The notes beneath the pieces are model-generated. The model searched no databases and was not told the origin of the DNA. It worked only from the letters and a program-made list of their open reading frames with translations. This document shows, in pieces, positions 29,001-39,429 of a stretch of 64,000 bases of DNA (its first letter is position 1; each line of letters opens with the position of its first letter). The stretch is from Candidatus Binatia bacterium (GTDB taxonomy: Bacteria > Desulfobacterota > Binatia > UBA9968 > CAXXLF01). The position numbers were made by a program, and so were the translations under genes. The stretch covers positions 96,001 through 160,000 of the forward strand of contig CAXXLF010000001.1 of the NCBI GenBank assembly GCA_963664015.2, given 5' to 3'.

Positions 29001-30080
29001 TTGGATCCTAAAAACGTATTATTTGTTCAAAGGAGTGCCCACAAAGCAGGAGCCCAGCACTGCTTGGCCAGGGTTCTTAGGCAACTCGAGGAAAGGGGCC
29101 TTGATCCGGTTTTGCTCACCGCCGAGAACGAATGGTTGACTCAGGAATGCCTAAAGCATCAGATTAGGGTTATCCAGATTCCTTTCCCCAGCTCACGGTC
29201 GTTACTCTCATATTTGTACAAGAACTCATCCTTTGCCCGCCGAGTCCAAGCTGAGCTCCGAAAAATAAGATGTCGGCCACCCATCGTTCATGGCAACGAC
29301 CACCCGGAGTCTCTTCTCACCCTTGAACTGACGAGAGTTCTACAAGCCAAGAGCGGTATCACCCTGAGGACTCCCGGGATGACCCGTGAAGACTACTCTA
29401 ACTACGGATGTGGCCGTGCGGACCTACTGATCGCTGTTAGCGACCTGCTGCGCAATTCGGTAAGGGAGTGGCATCATGACAGAGAGGTCGTTGTGATTCC
29501 CGACGGCCTTGCCGACGAGGAGTTTTTACCTCCGAAATCCCCTCTCAAGAGCCCGCCGGAAAGGATTCTGGTACTCGGCGATGCCTCGGCACGAAAAGGC
29601 TGGAAGGACCTGGTGGCCGCGTTGGAAATCTTACTAAAAGAAGGAAAACTCCCGACCGTCAACTTCGACTTTACCGACATACGCCCGCCCTGGTTAAAGA
29701 CATCCAACTTTGGCAACCGTTGTACTTTAAACTTCATAGGACACCGAGATGACTTTCGTGACTTGGTCCGACAATACGAACTCGTCATCAATCCCTCTCG
29801 TAGTGAGAGCTTCGGCATGGCTGCACTCGAGGTGATTGCTGCAGGAATTCCGCTGCTGTCTAGCCGCAGCGGCGTGATCGAAGATATTATCGAAGACCCG
29901 CGCTTCCTCTTTGAGCCGCATAATCCGATGAGCCTGGCGGCCGTGCTTCACGATCTTCTAGTTCATGGTAGTTCTACGGGATATGACCTGGAATCCAACC
30001 AGCATAAGCTGCGCAATCGATTTCCCATTAAGGGGAATGTGGAGCGACTTCTGGACCAATACAAAAAGCTATTCACGTGA
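29001..30080 (+). CDS. Glycosyltransferase family 4
   Basis: PSRSESFGMAALE motif. Confidence 0.85.
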   Translation: MDPKNVLFVQRSAHKAGAQHCLARVLRQLEERGLDPVLLTAENEWLTQECLKHQIRVIQIPFPSSRSLLSYLYKNSSFARRVQAELRKIRCRPPIVHGNDHPESLLTLELTRVLQAKSGITLRTPGMTREDYSNYGCGRADLLIAVSDLLRNSVREWHHDREVVVIPDGLADEEFLPPKSPLKSPPERILVLGDASARKGWKDLVAALEILLKEGKLPTVNFDFTDIRPPWLKTSNFGNRCTLNFIGHRDDFRDLVRQYELVINPSRSESFGMAALEVIAAGIPLLSSRSGVIEDIIEDPRFLFEPHNPMSLAAVLHDLLVHGSSTGYDLESNQHKLRNRFPIKGNVERLLDQYKKLFT

Positions 30081-30104
30081 GCCACTTCCGGAAGCCAAAA
30101 CTCT

Positions 30105-30953
30105 CTACCCATAAGGTGGAATGATACGCATCAGCGTTGCAACCAGTTCTCGACGGCGATCCCGGGACAGGGAAGAGAGATCCGCGTAACGTTTGATCAG
30201 ATAAGCCAGTTCCCGATTTGTTAAGTGACTCCCGAAGGTACGCACCAGTTGCTCCAGGTTTTTACTCCTCCTGGACCAGCTCAACCGGTGGCTTTTGGAA
30301 ACACCGATCACGTCGACAAGCAGGCATTGCCATCGGTCTCCCTCCTGTTTGCGCAGCAAAATATTCGCCCCTTTCAAATCCCGATGGAAAATTCCACGGG
30401 AGTGCAAACGATAGAAGAGGTCGGCAATAGCCCGCAGGACATGGCCCCTTTCCCGTAGGCTATCCCGCCGCAATCGCGGAGCGATCCTATACGCCCAGAA
30501 AGCATCAATGGACTGGCTGTCTTCCACCTCCTCGTTAAAATAGTAGCTCTTCCCTAAATCCCGCCATCGCCGATACTCGAAAGCGGCCAGCGGTTTGGCC
30601 GTATCAACCTGTTCATTATTCAGGAGCACGGAGCCGACTAATGATTGGAATGCAGGTGAGGGGAGAAACAGGCACCCAAACCGGCGCCAGAGGGAATCGT
30701 GGCGAGACTGTTTGACTATAATATTCCATTGTGTGCCATTCCCGTCGGTCAAGATCCGTTTGACGACTTTTCCTTTAGGAGACGTCTTGAGCATTTCCGA
30801 CGACAGGTCCTCCAGTAGGCTTTCTGGGTCTGCCACAAATTCGGCAACGAGGTCCTCGGGAAGGTCTTTCCTGATCCAACCGATCAATCCGTTGCGGGCT
30901 GGCATATAGTCGAATTCAGCCTTCACTATCGCTCGCGAGGTCATCCACGGCAT
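30105..30953 (-). CDS. Lipopolysaccharide kinase (Kdo/WaaP/InaA family)
   Basis: LHSRGIFHRDLKGANIL...LVD motif. Confidence 0.8.
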   Translation of the reverse strand: MPWMTSRAIVKAEFDYMPARNGLIGWIRKDLPEDLVAEFVADPESLLEDLSSEMLKTSPKGKVVKRILTDGNGTQWNIIVKQSRHDSLWRRFGCLFLPSPAFQSLVGSVLLNNEQVDTAKPLAAFEYRRWRDLGKSYYFNEEVEDSQSIDAFWAYRIAPRLRRDSLRERGHVLRAIADLFYRLHSRGIFHRDLKGANILLRKQEGDRWQCLLVDVIGVSKSHRLSWSRRSKNLEQLVRTFGSHLTNRELAYLIKRYADLSSLSRDRRRELVATLMRIIPPYG

Positions 30954-32074
30954 GCCAGGACCCCATTTAGCTGCTCTTCCAATTCAGTGAAATACCTCTC
31001 CCAGGAGTACTTCTCGGCCACCCGCCGAGCCTCTCGTGAAAGTTCGGGCCAGCGCTTTGCGTCCAGCAGGCGCAGCAGCTTCGCTTTGATTTCCTCAGGG
31101 TCGTCCCCATTGACCAGAAGACCCTCCGTCAGTTCCCCGTCGAGCCTGTCCGTTGATCCCAGGCCAGGAACCGTCACAACAGGGAGCCCCGCAGCAAGGG
31201 CCTCGAGGACCACATTGCCGAAAGCCTCCTGAATAGAAGGCAAAACGAAAACGTCGCCTGCCGCATAATAGTCTTCTACACGACTTTGTGGGCCAACAAA
31301 GAAAATTTGCTTTCCCGCCCAACGACGACGATACTGGGGCAACCTGGAATCGTTGCCTACAACCAATAGACAGATACCATTCATTGCCGGGGTGTCCCAA
31401 AGGGGCAGCAATCGGTCCAGCCCCTTGCGCCGGAACCCGGTACCGACAAATAGGACCACCCGCTGGCCAGGTTCGATCCTGAGTTTTTCTCGAATCTGTT
31501 TCCCTTCGAGGGCGCGGCGACCCGGGTGGAACCGCTCATGATCAACCCCATTGTGAATGACAACCACATTTTCCTCGGGAACATGGTAGCTCTCTATCAT
31601 CTCCCGTTTTCCCTCGTTGTAAACGGCAATGATCTTTTTGCATCCCCCGGCCCCCAACTGCCGTTTCTCAATTGCAAGGAGACACCGGTGGTATGGACTC
31701 AACCGATACCACAGTCGGCGCCAGACTCCGCTTTCCCTGCTCATCTTCTCAAGGAAGACCCGGTGGGGACCTCCGCCACTACGGAAAATATCCTGTTTGG
31801 GTATCCGATCAAAACTCATGGTCACATCGCACCGGTATGGGGCAATAACTCGACGGCTGAGCCAGGCAAAACTCAAAAGGCGGGCCGTACGGGGCCAGGT
31901 CAGACACGGAACTCGATGACCCTGGGTCCCGGAAGGAGGAGCAATAGGGAAACGGCCGCAGAATAGATGGACCTCATGACCACGGTCCCTTAACCCTTCA
32001 GCCGTGCGATAGAGAACCCTCTCCGTACCGCCTTTCAGATCAAGCTGTTTATGAACCAGAGCTACTTTCATCAA
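30941..32074 (-). CDS. Glycosyltransferase family 4 (WaaG/RfaG-like LPS core)
   Basis: GGTER, HNGVD, RKGL and EAFGNVVLEALAAG motifs. Confidence 0.88.
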   Translation of the reverse strand: MMKVALVHKQLDLKGGTERVLYRTAEGLRDRGHEVHLFCGRFPIAPPSGTQGHRVPCLTWPRTARLLSFAWLSRRVIAPYRCDVTMSFDRIPKQDIFRSGGGPHRVFLEKMSRESGVWRRLWYRLSPYHRCLLAIEKRQLGAGGCKKIIAVYNEGKREMIESYHVPEENVVVIHNGVDHERFHPGRRALEGKQIREKLRIEPGQRVVLFVGTGFRRKGLDRLLPLWDTPAMNGICLLVVGNDSRLPQYRRRWAGKQIFFVGPQSRVEDYYAAGDVFVLPSIQEAFGNVVLEALAAGLPVVTVPGLGSTDRLDGELTEGLLVNGDDPEEIKAKLLRLLDAKRWPELSREARRVAEKYSWERYFTELEEQLNGVLACRG

Positions 32075-32254
32075 GCCAGTGAATACCCGACCAACCAGAC
32101 TAGATCCAAAATCCCCTAAGGGAGAATAGAGTTATAACAAACCGGAATTTCATTTTTGATATCAGTCTAATTCGTTGCCATCGACAGAGCAATACCGTAA
32201 GTTCAGTAATCATATCCCGTCGCCTCCTTGGAGAGGCATCTCCCATTCCTGACA

Positions 32255-32870
32255 ATGCAAATTCCCAGCGATCGGACGGAATCTACGGCACGAGCAACCT
32301 TTGCTCCCTTTATCGATTTATTTCCCGCACAGTCTAAGGTCCTCGATGTTGCGTGGGCCATGGTTTTGCAATGAAGATGCTTCGGCAGGCCAACGTAGAT
32401 GCCGTCGGTATTGAAGTGAATGAAGGTTTGGTTCAAGAGGCGCGATCCGCCGGGTTGAATGTCATCCAGACCGATATTTCCCACTACCTCAAGTCGACAG
32501 TGGAGAGGTACCAAGGCTATATCGCCTCCCATATATTCGAACATTTTCACCCTCAGAACGTCGTTGAGCTCTTGGGCTTGATTTACAGGGTCACCCAATC
32601 GGGCGGTAAGCTTCTCTTTATTACACCGAACATCGCCCATTTACGGCGCGCCGCAGGAGATTTTTAGCGTGATCCGAGCCGTATTCGTCCTTACCCTATC
32701 GAGGCCCTGGACAAACTACTGGTTCAAACCGGTTGGAAAACCATTGCGTCTGGTTATTTATCCGATAAAAGGTTTAGGCTGCGGAGGGCGATTGGCGCCA
32801 CAATTCGGAACATGCTTGTCGCCCACCACTGGCTGGGAGAGGATCTGTACGTTGTGGCCAAAAGGTGTAG
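32255..32870 (+). pseudogene. Class I SAM methyltransferase pseudogene
   Basis: KVLDVA, frameshift, GHG...SHIFEH...TPN...DF*RDPSRIRPY; frameshift in motif I and TAG at a usual Trp position. Confidence 0.75.
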
Positions 32871-32976
32871 CCCTTCAAAACTTTTGCCAATCTCAATAAA
32901 TTACGCTTATGAGCGGCTTCACATTAATCCTTTGCGCTATCAGGGAGTGGTTGGACGCCCGGGCGCCCAAGGCGAT

Positions 32977-34515
32977 CTACTGATTTGCCACGACTCCACA
33001 TTCCCCCTTCCTGGCCGCAGTCTCTAGACGCTCGCAGAGAGTTTCCAGGATGTTACTGTGATCTTTAATGATTCCGGGGGTTACCTTTCCCCATAGCGCA
33101 CTCGTTGGAAAGTCAAATGAGTGAAAAAGTATGGAGGCTATGAAAAGCTCGAGAGATTTTTCGCTTGCAGGTGGTCTCTCCAGGGCATCCTGTATCGCTG
33201 ACGGGAGTTTGAAAAGGTCCGTACAATGGGCAACGCCCTGCCCAATTTGGAGATAAGGATATTTTTCGCCAAGAACAAGCACCGGTTTTTGAAGCATCAT
33301 TGCTTCCCAACCTGCGGTGCCCGTAATCACACAGGTCAAAGCGGCCCGTCGAATCAGTTCAAAAGGACTCTCGAAGGGCGACACCAGAATGACCTTTGGC
33401 ATATTGCTCAGCGTTCTATAAAACCCGAAAGGCCTACGTCCTATCATTCCTGGATGTTCCTTCACTAACAGGTTAAATCCCAGAGGCAGGCTCTTCGAAA
33501 GGGACTCGATAATCGCCGACTGATTCGTCTGATAGGGGGCGCATACCAATGTGGATTCCTCTGGATCTACGTGAAGTGGATAAAACGCGTACGGTTGATC
33601 AGGAATCTCCCCAATGACGCGAAAGGGGCCTCTCAGCGACAATTGCAACGATTTGAGATTGACGCGGAGTTGCAAGGTCCTTCGCTTCCAGTCCGTCGGT
33701 TCGTTCCATTCCCGATGGGGTCGGATCCCTTTAAGTGCGGCCAACAGCACTCCCAACACTTGACCTGGTATCGCGAGAGGTGACACCTTTTTCTGCTGAC
33801 TTCGCTCATTGGCTACCTGGTATTCAGGTTTTTCTGGACCCGACCTAAACTCTTTTAAATACTTTTTCGCCTCAGGTAAAAATGGCACTAAGTCGGTCGG
33901 GGCGTTTAATGCGTTTTTGTAGGTCCGGCAGACGGGACCAAGCAATCCCTCGGGAACGTCATCAATGATATATTGGCTGCCCATTCTGGCAGCAGAAAAG
34001 CGTCTGAACGGTACACCAAAATGTTCTGAAACTATACTTAAGCAATAGGCAGGTGCGTCTGCCACCACATAACAGAAGACGAGGTCCGGTCTCCGTTCAT
34101 CGAAAATACGAAAAAGAAAATTGAACAGACCCACCACGTAGCGCCTGATCACCTCTGTATCACAAGACATTTTCATCAAGCGCGTTTTAGCAACTGTACC
34201 GCCGGTGATCCAACCGTAACCGATCTGCCGGCTGGAAATGACTAGACGATTGAGGGTTCCTGCTCCGAACAGCGCTTCGTACTTGGCCAGCTGATCGGGC
34301 GAATAAGGATTGCTGATCCACTCCTTTTCCAACTCATAGAGTCTATATAGAGGGCGTATGGGCGGGTTTTGATGTCTTTCCACCCTACGGTAGATACGTT
34401 CCTTTCCCGCTACAAGTCCCATAAATTCGGCCGACGGCGATTGCTCCGATAATCTTCGAGCAATGGCCAGCGGCCATTCATGAAACATGGGCGAGTACAG
34501 AAAACAATATCTCAA
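32977..34515 (-). CDS. Capsule polysaccharide biosynthesis/modification protein (KpsS-like, Capsule_synth)
   Basis: FYPLHVDPE, LVKEHP and ITGTAGWEA motifs. Confidence 0.75.
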   Translation of the reverse strand: MRYCFLYSPMFHEWPLAIARRLSEQSPSAEFMGLVAGKERIYRRVERHQNPPIRPLYRLYELEKEWISNPYSPDQLAKYEALFGAGTLNRLVISSRQIGYGWITGGTVAKTRLMKMSCDTEVIRRYVVGLFNFLFRIFDERRPDLVFCYVVADAPAYCLSIVSEHFGVPFRRFSAARMGSQYIIDDVPEGLLGPVCRTYKNALNAPTDLVPFLPEAKKYLKEFRSGPEKPEYQVANERSQQKKVSPLAIPGQVLGVLLAALKGIRPHREWNEPTDWKRRTLQLRVNLKSLQLSLRGPFRVIGEIPDQPYAFYPLHVDPEESTLVCAPYQTNQSAIIESLSKSLPLGFNLLVKEHPGMIGRRPFGFYRTLSNMPKVILVSPFESPFELIRRAALTCVITGTAGWEAMMLQKPVLVLGEKYPYLQIGQGVAHCTDLFKLPSAIQDALERPPASEKSLELFIASILFHSFDFPTSALWGKVTPGIIKDHSNILETLCERLETAARKGECGVVANQ

Positions 34516-34902
34516 TGGACCGGTCCTTTCAGCGCCTTTCCTTTGTACTTAAGTAAGCAACACCCGGTAAACGATTGCAAGTGTTTGGTTTTGTTTCCAC
34601 AAGCCTCTCGTAGAGCCCCTCATTCTCAGATACTCGGTAAGCCACGCCAGTCTAAATTAGCGCAGAAATAACGAATTTGCATTTCCCTGGGTTAGCCCTT
34701 ATTCTTAAAATAGGGGTGACTGATACGGTTGCCATGGTAGATACAATTTTTTCCACTTCCTTGATCTCTTCTCTCTTTAACCGTCCAAGGGCAAGGCCAG
34801 GAACAGGTCGGACTTGCGGTTCGCCTCGCAAGCCCCTTGTCGGGTCACTGGATTTAAACTATGATGGGCCCGCTAAAACACTTAAGCAGGTGAGGGGGGA
34901 AT

Positions 34903-36006
34903 ATGGCTAAAGCGACACAGGAACATCCGCCTTCAACGGAGCGGGACTTGAGTGAAGGTCTGACCCTACCGGAGTTTGAAGAACTCGTTAGAGGTGAGTA
35001 CCTGTACCCCTTGTGGGTAGCCCGGGTTAACCGGGCTACCGAATTACGGACCCCCATCAAGCCTCACCTCTGGAGTTGGAAACATTTACGCCGTCGCATG
35101 TTCCAGATCGGGGAATTGATCCCCCTCGGAAAAGAGGGAGCGGATCGACGTGCATTGACGCTACGCAATCCGGGGCTCCCCATCACTCGTATGGGCACAA
35201 CCCACACCCTGGTAGCGGCGGTACAGATGATCCACGGCACGGAAGTGGCTCCCTCCCATCGCCACACCCCTGCGGCCCTGCGGCTCATTAAAGAAGGGAA
35301 GGGGGCCTGCACGGTTGTCAATGGCGAGCCCGAATCCATGGAGAAGGGCGACCTGCTCTTGACACCAAGCTGGTACTGGCATGGGCACTTCAGCGAACAT
35401 GACGAACCTATGCTCTGGATGGACGGTCTCGATGTACCGCTGGTGTTGTCCCTAGGCGCGAACTTTTACGAGGATTACCCCAGCAAACTGCAACCGGCGC
35501 AGGCACCGCGCGACGAGTCCATCCGCCGTTTCAGCGCAGGTGGACTTTTGCCCGTGGGAGAGCGGACATCCAGCCCAAACTCTCCACTGCTAAACTATCG
35601 CTGGTCGCGGACCGAAGAGAAATTGATGCAGCTTACGGATCGGGACGGGAGCCCCTTCGATGGCGTCGCCCTGCAGTTTACCAACCCCTTTACCGGCGGT
35701 CCCGTTATGCCAACCATTGATTGTTCAATCCAACTGTTCCGGCCGGGGGAGAAAACTAGAGCACACCGGCACACGAGCAGTATCGTTTACAATGTGGTAC
35801 GGGGCAGCGGGTCCACCGTAGTGGATGGTCAGCGTTTGGAGTGGACGGAAGGGGATATCTTTTGTGTTCCCACCTGGGCATGCCATCATCACGCCAACGC
35901 CTCGGAGTCCGAGGATGCTATTCTCTTTTCCATGAACGACTCGCCGGTCCTGCAGGCCCTAGGAATGTACCGGGAAACCAGTTGCGAGGAGGGGGAAACA
36001 CACTGA
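34903..36006 (+). CDS. Gentisate 1,2-dioxygenase-like bicupin ring-cleaving dioxygenase
   Basis: RRAL.L.NPGL, SHRHTP..LR, TPSWYWHGH, DGLDVP and HRHTSS motifs. Confidence 0.85.
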   Translation: MAKATQEHPPSTERDLSEGLTLPEFEELVRGEYLYPLWVARVNRATELRTPIKPHLWSWKHLRRRMFQIGELIPLGKEGADRRALTLRNPGLPITRMGTTHTLVAAVQMIHGTEVAPSHRHTPAALRLIKEGKGACTVVNGEPESMEKGDLLLTPSWYWHGHFSEHDEPMLWMDGLDVPLVLSLGANFYEDYPSKLQPAQAPRDESIRRFSAGGLLPVGERTSSPNSPLLNYRWSRTEEKLMQLTDRDGSPFDGVALQFTNPFTGGPVMPTIDCSIQLFRPGEKTRAHRHTSSIVYNVVRGSGSTVVDGQRLEWTEGDIFCVPTWACHHHANASESEDAILFSMNDSPVLQALGMYRETSCEEGETH

Positions 36007-36082
36007 CATGCAAGAGGAGGCCCGGCCATTCGGAGGCCAGCCTGGTATCTCAAGGCACGCCGGTACAGAGTTGAGTTGAACT

Positions 36083-38233
36083 ATGAACCGACTCCACGGG
36101 CTCTTTTGCCCGAAAAACATCGCCATTATCGGAGCATCAGAAAGGAACCACTACTCGGCCTCTCTGATCCAAAATCTTCTTCGATTCGGCTTTCCCGCTG
36201 AGGCAATCTACCCCATCAACCCAAAATACCAAACCGTCTTTGACAGGCCCTGCTACCCCCACGTCTCAGATATACCGGATAAATTGGACCTCGCCGTTTT
36301 CGCTGTTAGCCGGGACCACCTGCTCCCGCTTCTAAACGAGTCGATTACAAAAGGACTGAAGTCTGCCCTCATCTTATCGACCGGATTCGCCGAGTCCGAC
36401 GAAATTGGCCGTAAGCTACAGAATGAAATTGCAGCGCTTGCGAAGCAGCACTCGGTAAACCTGTGTGGCCCCAACACCCTGGGTTACGTCTCCAATCAAG
36501 GAGGAGTGGCTCTCTGGTCCTCCCCATTGCCAAGCCATATGCGTCCCGGTCCCGTCGGAGCGCTCTTTCACAGCAGTGGACTCCTTAATCTTTTTCTCAA
36601 CGTCGCGGCTGACCGTTGTCTGGGATTCCGATACGCCATTGCCTGTGGGAACGAAGCTGACCTTGGCATGGTCGACTACATGGAAGCGTTGCTCGATGAC
36701 CCGGAAGTGAAGGTGATCGTCACGTTAATCGAGTCGATACGACAACCCGCGGAGTTCTGTGCGCTTCTTGACCGCGCCGGCGAGATAGATAAGCCGGTAG
36801 TGGCCCTGAGGGTCGGAAGGTCGGCCAAGGGGAGCCGCGCTGTCGTGTCACACACGGGTAACCTGGCCACTTCGGGAGCGGCGTGGCAAGCCGTATTCCG
36901 ACAGAAGGGGATCATATCCGTTGATAATATGGATCAGATGGTGGAGACGACCATTGGGCTAGCAAACAACCCTTGTCAGCGGCGGCGGATCAAACGACCT
37001 GCAGGAGTGGGAATCGTAACCATCTCTGGCGGCGATTGCAGTTTTCTATCGGACATCTCCGAGCGGATCAACCTGCAACTGCCCGAGCCATCCGACCGCA
37101 CCTACCGGGCCTTGTCCCCCTATTTCGGGAAAAAATCATTCAACGGCAACCCTCTGGATATAGAGGACCTTCATCAGGTAGACGAAGATAAATTTTACAG
37201 CTGTCTCAAAGCCTTTGCCAGTGAAGAAGCGTTTGATTTAGTCTGCTGCCGCCTCAGTCTCCCCAAGGCTCCAAATGAAGGGCTGAAACGCCTCTATACC
37301 CGATCAGCGGCCATAAGCAAGCAGCAAGGCAAAGGTATGGTTTTCCTCTCTCGGGCCAGCGAGCATTTGGACCCGTCCTGGTTCGAATTCTTTTCACAAT
37401 TGAAAGTACCGTTTCTGATGGAGTACGAAAAGGGAATGCGAGCGGTTCGCGACCTCCTCTGGTTGGCATCGCTTCCCGATACCCCTTCCATTGCTTCGCG
37501 AGGCGACACTCCATCCCGTAAAGTTGATATCAACCCATTGAAGTCCCTTCTTTCAGCCAATCCCAATAAACACCTGACACATGATCAATCCCGACAGCTC
37601 TTAGCGGCATACCATATCCCTTTAGCCAATGAGGCCCTTGCACGCTCGGCCCGCGATGCCGTCGAGGCAGCAAAGCAGATAGGATTTCCCGTGGCCATGA
37701 AGGTGATATCATCGGACCTGCCGCATAAGACCGAGCTAGGAGCTCTATTGATCGACATAGCCGATGAGCGAGCAGTAGAAGAAGGCTTCAACCTTTTGCA
37801 ACAACGGGCTCAGCGCAAGGTCCCTCATGCCGTCGTCGAAGGGATCCTGATTCAAAAAATGGTTCGTGGAATTGCTGAGACCATCGTGGGAACAAATCAC
37901 GACCCCCAGCTAGGTCCGGTGGTCCTTTTTGGTCTGGGCGGCATCTATACGGAGATCTTCAAGGATTTTTCCTTGCGCATGCCCCCATTGACCTCATACG
38001 ATGCCACGGAGATGATCGGTGATGTCAAGGGGAGTGATCTCCTCCGTGGCGCACGAGGTCGGTCCAAAGCCGATATTGAAGGAATCGTGGATGTTATTTT
38101 AAAAGTATCGCAACTAGCCATGGATTTTCGTGGGGAACTCGATTCGATCGAATTAAATCCGGTGATTGCCCTATCGGAAGGGCAGGGCGTATTAGTGGTT
38201 GATACCCTCTTAACACTCAAGAATCAGAAATAA
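36083..38233 (+). CDS. Acetate/acyl-CoA ligase (ADP-forming) family, fused alpha-beta
   Basis: IAIIGAS, GPNTLG, SHTG (phospho-His), HKTELG and ELNP ATP-grasp motifs. Confidence 0.88.
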   Translation: MNRLHGLFCPKNIAIIGASERNHYSASLIQNLLRFGFPAEAIYPINPKYQTVFDRPCYPHVSDIPDKLDLAVFAVSRDHLLPLLNESITKGLKSALILSTGFAESDEIGRKLQNEIAALAKQHSVNLCGPNTLGYVSNQGGVALWSSPLPSHMRPGPVGALFHSSGLLNLFLNVAADRCLGFRYAIACGNEADLGMVDYMEALLDDPEVKVIVTLIESIRQPAEFCALLDRAGEIDKPVVALRVGRSAKGSRAVVSHTGNLATSGAAWQAVFRQKGIISVDNMDQMVETTIGLANNPCQRRRIKRPAGVGIVTISGGDCSFLSDISERINLQLPEPSDRTYRALSPYFGKKSFNGNPLDIEDLHQVDEDKFYSCLKAFASEEAFDLVCCRLSLPKAPNEGLKRLYTRSAAISKQQGKGMVFLSRASEHLDPSWFEFFSQLKVPFLMEYEKGMRAVRDLLWLASLPDTPSIASRGDTPSRKVDINPLKSLLSANPNKHLTHDQSRQLLAAYHIPLANEALARSARDAVEAAKQIGFPVAMKVISSDLPHKTELGALLIDIADERAVEEGFNLLQQRAQRKVPHAVVEGILIQKMVRGIAETIVGTNHDPQLGPVVLFGLGGIYTEIFKDFSLRMPPLTSYDATEMIGDVKGSDLLRGARGRSKADIEGIVDVILKVSQLAMDFRGELDSIELNPVIALSEGQGVLVVDTLLTLKNQK

Positions 38234-38337
38234 CGGATCTACGGGAGCAACAGTATGCACGATTGATTTGGAGTGCAGAAAAGGACCCATGTTTTTAAAC
38301 GATCGATTTAATAATCTAACGAGAGAGGGACCCTAAA

Positions 38338-39411
38338 TTGAATATCGAAGCCATAGAAACCCATCTGTTGAACTTGCCTTACCACAAACCCCTGATCACA
38401 GCTTCCAATCGATTTGTCATAGCGGAAGGGGTACTGGTCGAAATCCGATCCGACGGCGGGCTCAGTGGGTTCGGCTACATTGATCTTTTTCCCCGAACGG
38501 GAGAAACAACCGGCTCAGCAACATTTGCTATTGACCAGGTTTTGAAACCCATGATCATCGGCCGGGACATCCACGAATTGGGGCGGATCAAAGAGAAAAT
38601 CGATCGCACCCTGATAGGCAATCCACGGGTCAAGTCGGGGCTCGAAACAGCGCTTTACGATCTGCTGGGTAAAAGCATTCACGTTCCACTCAACCTCCTC
38701 CTGGGCGGTTTAGTCAAGGACGAGATACGAATCGTGAAGATGACCAGCCTTGATGATCCCGAGACAATGGCGGAAGAGGCTCATCAGCTTGTGACCGATG
38801 GCTTTTCGGCCATTAAATTAAAGATCAGCGGACAACTTAATTTGGATCTTCAACGTATAACCAACGTGAGAAAAGCCGTTGGTGATGATATTTTTATCAA
38901 AGTCGACGCCAATGAATCCTACGATCCCAAGTCGGCTATACAATTAAGCAAAAAAATGGCCGACCTGGGAGTCGAGGTCTTTGAACAGCCCGTCCCCCGT
39001 CATCAAACCGATGCCCTGCTCGAAGTCAAAAAACACTCACCCATCAAGATCGAAGCTGATCAGTCGGTGGGCTCGGTTGCGGACGCCTATCGATTGATCC
39101 AACACCGAGTTGTTGACTCGATCAATACGAGTGTCTTGAAGGCCGGTGGTTTGATCGAAGCCAGACGAATCGCAGAAATGTGCAGACTCGGTGGCGTAGA
39201 GTGCACGTTGGCAAACACCGCCGGCAGTATGGTGGGCGATGCCGCTGGCCTTCAACTGGCGGCCAGTTGCCCGGGAGTCTCGTCCCTTTGCGAGCTGGGA
39301 GAATTTACAACCGTATCGGGAGACCCCTTTACCGGTATGGAGATCAAGCACGGCATGGTCAAGGTCCCCGATGGAGAAGGGCTCGGAGTACAACAGATCG
39401 GCAACTTTTAA
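38338..39411 (+). CDS. Enolase superfamily (muconate cycloisomerase/mandelate racemase-like) protein
   Basis: ALYDL.GK, KLK, VDANE, EQP, ADQS and GLG motifs. Confidence 0.85.
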   Translation: MNIEAIETHLLNLPYHKPLITASNRFVIAEGVLVEIRSDGGLSGFGYIDLFPRTGETTGSATFAIDQVLKPMIIGRDIHELGRIKEKIDRTLIGNPRVKSGLETALYDLLGKSIHVPLNLLLGGLVKDEIRIVKMTSLDDPETMAEEAHQLVTDGFSAIKLKISGQLNLDLQRITNVRKAVGDDIFIKVDANESYDPKSAIQLSKKMADLGVEVFEQPVPRHQTDALLEVKKHSPIKIEADQSVGSVADAYRLIQHRVVDSINTSVLKAGGLIEARRIAEMCRLGGVECTLANTAGSMVGDAAGLQLAASCPGVSSLCELGEFTTVSGDPFTGMEIKHGMVKVPDGEGLGVQQIGNF

Positions 39412-39429
39412 AGACTGAACCCTTTCCAC

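Noticed and set aside
20105-34515. tRNA-Met-anchored integrative island or prophage
   Set aside because: No integrase and no duplicated tRNA 3' end seen; only proximity supports it
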